64,000 nucleotides of DNA from Nitrospirota bacterium (lineage in GTDB: Bacteria; Nitrospirota; UBA9217), in NCBI GenBank assembly GCA_963751455.1, contig CAVVUN010000015.1:640001-704000 (forward strand), given 5' to 3'. Both the position numbers and the translations under genes were made by a program. A model generated the notes under the pieces. It was not told the origin of the DNA, did no database searches, and worked only from the letters and a program-made list of their open reading frames with translations. Shown one piece after another: positions 59,787-64,000 of this stretch; positions within the stretch are counted from its first letter, which is position 1; every line of letters starts with the position of its first letter.

Positions 59787-59810
59787 AGCCGGAATTTTTC
59801 CGGCTTTTTT
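59787..59810 (+). terminator. Intrinsic terminator
   Basis: agccggaa-ttt-ttccggct followed by a T run and preceded by an A run. Confidence 0.7.
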
Positions 59811-59863
59811 ATTTAAGTCTATAGTATTATCAAAATAAGCCATTGAATTAAAAGGAGAAATGG

Positions 59864-60055
59864 ATGAGGCTTGAAGAGGTTATTTTTGAACTGTACCGTA
59901 TTGCCGAAACGAGAAAGTGGGACGGAAAGAAGACGGATGAAGCGATCTCCTCCGCCATAGAAAGCATGGAGAAGATCTGGGAACTTCAGCAGGCGGATAA
60001 AAGGAAGAGCGCCATGGTCAAAGCGAATAAAAAACAGCCGCGCACCTGGTGCTAG
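59864..60055 (+). CDS. Small hypothetical protein
   Basis: aaggag RBS; 63-aa helical, charged ORF. Confidence 0.55.
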   Translation: MRLEEVIFELYRIAETRKWDGKKTDEAISSAIESMEKIWELQQADKRKSAMVKANKKQPRTWC

Positions 60056-60091
60056 CAGAGCGCAAAAAATTGAGTCTGCAGGTAAAAAAAC

Positions 60092-60120
60092 TTGACATTT
60101 GATTAATATGATTCTAAATT
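60092..60120 (+). promoter_or_regulatory. sigma70 promoter
   Basis: TTGACA-N17-TAAATT. Confidence 0.55.
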
Positions 60121-60234
60121 AATGCTGTCCTTGTCCTGTATTTTAAAACAATTTCGAACCAGGTTCGCAGTTCACCGTACCATCATCCAAGGCCCGGATA
60201 TCGGGTTATAGCTTAATCAAGGAGGGGGACTCGT

Positions 60235-60600
60235 ATGGGTATTGAAAGGATTGTACAGTACGAATGCAGGGTGTGCGGCAGGAAGATAGATGTGACCAGG
60301 ACCGGCGAGGTATATGAAGAACCGGTATATTGCTGTGGTCTGGAGACGGCAGAGGCCGTAGTACCGACGCCTCCCGCTGAACCGGCACCGGCGGTACGGA
60401 AACCGGCGAGGAAGAAACCCGCCAAAAAGAAGGCTGCGAAAAAGAAGGCCAAAAAAGCGGTCAAGAAAAAAGCTGGAAAGAAAGCGGTAAAAAAGAAAGC
60501 AACCAAGAAGAAAGCCACCAAGAAGAAGGCCACCAAGAAAAAAGCCACTAAAAAGAAGGCATCGAAGAAAAAGGCTGCGAAAAAGAGCAAAAGACGCTAG
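60235..60600 (+). CDS. Desulforedoxin-like metal-binding domain fused to a histone H1-like Lys/Ala tail
   Basis: YECRVCG...YCCG, a Pro linker, then ~11 KKKA(T/V/A/S/G) repeats; aaggagg RBS. Confidence 0.8.
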   Translation: MGIERIVQYECRVCGRKIDVTRTGEVYEEPVYCCGLETAEAVVPTPPAEPAPAVRKPARKKPAKKKAAKKKAKKAVKKKAGKKAVKKKATKKKATKKKATKKKATKKKASKKKAAKKSKRR

Positions 60601-60616
60601 GATATTGTTATCTTCG

Positions 60617-60647
60617 AGGCACCTGGAAATTTCCGGGTGCCTTTTTT
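60617..60647 (+). terminator. Intrinsic terminator
   Basis: aggcacctggaa-at-ttccgggtgcct followed by a T run. Confidence 0.75.
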
Positions 60648-60720
60648 ATTTGCTCCGGTTCCTACAACCGAGTCCATTTTTACTGTTGACTTCCCCAATT
60701 CCAGGCATTAGGATTTTCCC

Positions 60721-61554
60721 ATGAACAATACACCAAATGGAGAGCGCCGCATCCGCAGGCTGGCCGGCCGTGCCATCGGTGACTTCCGGCTTGTCGAGAA
60801 CCATGACCGGATCCTCGTTGCGTTGTCGGGCGGCAAGGACAGTTGGACACTGCTTCATATCCTGCATACTCTGCAAAAACGGGCCCCGGTTGCCTTCTCT
60901 CTTACCGTAGTCACGGTCCACCCCGGCTTTCCCGGTTTTAAGACGGGACTCATCGAAGAATATCTTGAGGCGCATGGGTTCGAGTACCGGGTTGTTCACG
61001 CTCCTATCCACACGCTCATGCTCGAAAAGCTGACGCCGGACGATACGCCTTGTACGCTTTGCGCCAGAATAAAACGCGGCGTGTTGTATACCCAGGCGCG
61101 GGAACTGGACTGCACAAAAGTGGCGCTTGGCCACCACCGGGATGATTTCATCGAGACGCTGCTCCTGAACCAGTTCTATAACGGCAGAATCAAAGCAATG
61201 TCTCCGCTGCTTCGGGCCGATGACGGGCGTACAGTCGTAATCCGGCCTCTTGTGTACGTTCGGGAGGAAGACATTATTCGCTATGCTGCGGACGCGCAAT
61301 TCCCGATTGCGTGCTGCGCCTGCCCGGCCTGCGGCGATCCCGATATGAAACGGATAAAAATAAAAAACCTTCTTGCGGTGCTTGACCGTGAGCAGCCGGG
61401 TATAAAGGCAAGCCTCCTTGCAGCCCTGTCACACATAGACCATCGTCATCTCTTCCCCGAGCGCGGGAACGGGTCCCCTGAGCGTCATGAACACGCGGCA
61501 GAGGGCAGCCGCGCACGGTTTTTTTCTGAAAGTTCAAAGGGGGATTTATCCTGA
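60721..61554 (+). CDS. ttcA: tRNA 2-thiocytidine(32) synthetase
   Basis: SGGKDS, CTLCARIKRG, GHHRDD, IRPL and CACPAC. Confidence 0.93.
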   Translation: MNNTPNGERRIRRLAGRAIGDFRLVENHDRILVALSGGKDSWTLLHILHTLQKRAPVAFSLTVVTVHPGFPGFKTGLIEEYLEAHGFEYRVVHAPIHTLMLEKLTPDDTPCTLCARIKRGVLYTQARELDCTKVALGHHRDDFIETLLLNQFYNGRIKAMSPLLRADDGRTVVIRPLVYVREEDIIRYAADAQFPIACCACPACGDPDMKRIKIKNLLAVLDREQPGIKASLLAALSHIDHRHLFPERGNGSPERHEHAAEGSRARFFSESSKGDLS

Positions 61555-61717
61555 AAAAAGCAGTTGGACACGGATAAAATCTGATCAACACGGATTTATA
61601 GGAAGTTACGAACAGTAATGGATTCACCCAAAAGGCGAGATGGCTTTTTGCTCTATCACATTGTTTTGATCCGCTGTTTCCGTGTTCATCCGTGTTCAAA
61701 TGCCGTTTTTAGGTTTA
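61555..61717 (-). mobile_element. ~165-bp MITE-like nonamer element, copy 2
   Basis: The reverse complement begins taaacctaaaaacggca-tttgaacacggatgaacacggaaacagcggat and ends ccgtgtccaactgcttttt. Confidence 0.7.
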
Positions 61718-61751
61718 TAGAACCACTCTCACCCGCAATCCGAACTTTCCG

Positions 61752-61781
61752 TTGACATCTCCGAGGAATGAAGCATATAAT
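61752..61781 (+). promoter_or_regulatory. sigma70 promoter
   Basis: TTGACA-N18-TATAAT. Confidence 0.65.
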
Positions 61782-61863
61782 CGCATGACAGAGAGAAATG
61801 GTTCACCGACGCACTGCAATTTGACGCAGTAAGCATTTAAACTGCTTTGACCAGGAGGCCTCT

Positions 61864-62562
61864 ATGGCCGAGACCAAAAAGCTCGGGGAGCTTTTGAAGG
61901 AAGCAGGATTGATCGACGATTACCAACTGCAGTCGGCTCTTGCACACCAGCGCAATTGGGGCGGAAAATTGGGCTCCGTTCTTGTTGAAATGGGTTTCGT
62001 TCGCGAACCGGACGTAGCGCAGGTGCTGGCGGAAAAGTTCAGGATGCCGTACGCTGATCTTTTCGAGCCTGAAATCCCGCTGTCCACGATCAGGCTGATC
62101 AAACCGGATGTGGCCAAAAAATACAACGTTATACCGGTCAAAAAGGAAAGCACCGGACTTATTGTCGCCATGGCCGACCCGCTCGACATTGATGTCGTCG
62201 ACGCAATTCGTTTTGCAACCGGGCTAAAAATTAAACCGGCTCTCGCCCTTGAATCGGAGATCAGGGACGCCATTGCGAAATATTATGAGGGCAAGGCGAT
62301 CTCTCGGAAGCCGTCCGTCCCGGTGCTGGAGATGGCGCAGAACGCGCTGTCAGAACGAGAGCCCCCCGGCGGTGTGGAGCCCTCTCATGCCGGGAATGCG
62401 GATCCGGAAGCTAAGGCGTCAGCCGGCGAAAAATCCGAGGAGCCTGCGTCTCAGGACTATAAGGTCCGGGTGGACGCGCTCGTCAATCTCCTGATTGAGA
62501 AGGGGCTCATAAAACGTGAAGAATTTATGGCACGGATCTCCGGTGAAAAAATCGGACAGTGA
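61864..62562 (+). CDS. Stand-alone MshEN (GspE/PilB N-terminal) domain protein
   Basis: KLGELLKEAGLIDDYQLQSALAHQ-N5-KLGSVLVEMG and VAMADPLD; no ATPase domain. Confidence 0.85.
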   Translation: MAETKKLGELLKEAGLIDDYQLQSALAHQRNWGGKLGSVLVEMGFVREPDVAQVLAEKFRMPYADLFEPEIPLSTIRLIKPDVAKKYNVIPVKKESTGLIVAMADPLDIDVVDAIRFATGLKIKPALALESEIRDAIAKYYEGKAISRKPSVPVLEMAQNALSEREPPGGVEPSHAGNADPEAKASAGEKSEEPASQDYKVRVDALVNLLIEKGLIKREEFMARISGEKIGQ

Positions 62563-62627
62563 AGAGCGCTCATGAAAAATACCGGATGTTATCGCAATAG
62601 GGATTTCGATTCAAAAGGGGTATCGCA

Positions 62628-63023
62628 ATGCTTAAAATAGCGGTTGCAGTTCTGTGTACGGCGCTGCTGGCAGCAGGCGGGTTGTCGGCCGAAGATCTCG
62701 GGGGTGGACCGAAGATCGTTGTAAAAGAAACGCGCTTCGATCTGGGAAATGTCCAGGAGGGCTCGCAGGCGACGCATACCTTCGAGTTCCGGAACGCCGG
62801 CAACCAGACTCTGGTGATCGAGCGGATCCAGCCCTCCTGAGGGTGTACTGCCGCGGTGATTAGTTCTAATCGCCTGGAACCGGGAGCAGCGGGTCAGATC
62901 AAGGCATCCGTCGATACAGCGGGCAGAGCCGGACATCTGGAAAAACATATAGCAGTATATTCCAATGACAGGCAGACGCCCGTGGTTACCCTTTCATTGA
63001 GTATGACTATCCTGCAAAAGTAA
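62628..63023 (+). CDS. DUF1573-domain secreted protein, probable selenoprotein (Sec at UGA 62838-62840)
   Basis: Signal peptide; FDLGNV...HTFEFRNAGNQTLVI...QPS-UGA-GCTA; the frame continues with LEPG...SND..TP to TAA at 63021-63023. Confidence 0.85.
62855..62874 (+). promoter_or_regulatory. Bacterial SECIS-like hairpin
   Basis: ggtgatta-gttc-taatcgcc forms an 8-bp stem; the GU-starting loop follows a 22-nt spacer after the UGA. Confidence 0.7.
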
Positions 63024-63138
63024 CCCGGAAAAGCATTGAGCCTGGGAGGAAATGCAGAGCTACGGCATTTCCTGCCTGGCAAGCGATCCGGGCGGAAAAG
63101 ACGATTTCCGTCTTCGAGGCCCCTGCCGCACTATTTCC

Positions 63139-63168
63139 TTGACAATTTTCTTCGGCTTGTGCTAACCT
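63139..63168 (+). promoter_or_regulatory. sigma70 promoter upstream of a structured leader
   Basis: TTGACA-N18-TAACCT with an extended TG. Confidence 0.55.
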
Positions 63169-63465
63169 TTAGCCGTTTTTGGCCTGACTTGTCCCGGCAG
63201 CTATCTGAAGAGGAGTACGCGAAGCGTCTCGGCCAGGAACGGGGTCTTTCGGCGCCTGCCGTGGCCCGACCGAGTTTTAAGAAAAGAGGCAATACATACC
63301 TTGAAACAGCACAGACACCCGCAATACCCCAGCGACACGCCAACCCCGGGCATAGGTCCCGCCCCGGCGGGACTTTAATTTCTTCGCATACACTCAAGCG
63401 TCTTGATCTGTTCAGCTGTTACGTTAGATAATCCGATCGATTTCGTGATTTTGGAGGGAATATTC

Positions 63466-64000
63466 ATGCAAAAAAAATATCTCTTGGCCCCCGGGCCGAC
63501 GCCTGTTCCGCCTGAAGCGCTCCTGGCGATGGCCATGCCGATTATTCATCACCGTGCCCCGGATTTTTTGCCGGTGCTCGAATCGGCAAAAAAGGGCCTT
63601 CAATGGCTTTACCAGACGAAGAACGACGTGCTGATCCTTTGCTCCACCGGCACGGGCGGCATGGTCGGTTCCGTCACCAACTTTTTGAGCCCTGGCGACG
63701 ACGTCCTTGTTATTAACGGCGGAAAGTTCGGCGAACGATGGACAAAGATCTGCCAGGCCTACGGTATGAAGGTTGAGGAACTGCTGGTGGAATGGGGCAA
63801 TGCGGTTAAATCCGAACAGGTGGAGGCCGCCCTCAAGAAGAACCCGAAGATCAAGGCAGTCTTCGTGCAGGCAAACGAAACATCAACCGGTGTGTACCAT
63901 GATGTAAAGTCCGTTGCCGCGGTCGTCAAAAAGACCGACGCTCTGTTTGTCGTTGATGCGATATCGGCGCTTGTGGCCCATGATATAAGGACTGACGAGT
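63466..64000 (+). CDS. Class V PLP aminotransferase (alanine-glyoxylate/serine-pyruvate family), 3'-truncated
   Basis: ggagg RBS; MQKKYLLAPGPTPVP, IIHHR, STGTGGM, GGKFGERW, NETSTGV and VDAIS. It is absent from the ORF track because it runs off the window edge. Confidence 0.92.
   Translation, partial: MQKKYLLAPGPTPVPPEALLAMAMPIIHHRAPDFLPVLESAKKGLQWLYQTKNDVLILCSTGTGGMVGSVTNFLSPGDDVLVINGGKFGERWTKICQAYGMKVEELLVEWGNAVKSEQVEAALKKNPKIKAVFVQANETSTGVYHDVKSVAAVVKKTDALFVVDAISALVAHDIRTDE

Noticed and set aside
60213-60590. Minus-strand Phe/Ala-rich membrane-like ORF
   Set aside because: Antisense shadow of the Lys-rich histone-like gene.
63036-63431. 131-aa ORF
   Set aside because: TTG start with no convincing RBS or recognisable motif, and it overlaps a promoter and a structured leader.

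Overview
A 64-kb bacterial chromosomal window. Gene content and style suggest a Nitrospirota/Desulfobacterota-like anaerobe (inference, no marker gene present). From left to right: the 3' part of an RpoS/RpoD-family sigma factor and a stand-alone response regulator; an oxidative pentose-phosphate operon (rpiB-gnd-tal-zwf-pgl-nitroreductase); pal-cpoB; a ~31-kb surface-polysaccharide locus (DUF1566, FecR-like, OM beta-barrel, Wza, Wzc, PHP phosphatase, two O-antigen-ligase/Wzy-like genes, Wzm/Wzt, about 12 glycosyltransferases, methyltransferases, a sulfotransferase, WecB/TagA, priming GT) whose core is visibly AT-rich; two HExxH proteins; a small secreted repeat protein; a cusCBA-like RND operon with a sigma54-type promoter and a frameshifted cusA; a scpA-HEAT-scpB-MinD-like-J/HTH operon; a kinase-like gene, USP and a methyltransferase; nrdJ with tandem NrdR boxes; a desulforedoxin-like/histone-H1-like protein; ttcA; an MshEN protein; a DUF1573 protein with an in-frame UGA and SECIS-like hairpin (probable selenoprotein missed by the ORF track); and the start of a class-V aminotransferase. 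The most striking unexplained signal is a layered set of about 20 small non-coding elements at gene junctions. These are inverted arrays of 7-, 8- or 9-nt tandem units, a ~165-bp MITE-like family, and a ~40-bp REP-like element. They nest inside one another, are partly translated into protein termini, and are absent from the AT-rich polysaccharide core. No tRNA, rRNA, CRISPR array or transposase was seen. All calls are by eye, without database searches.
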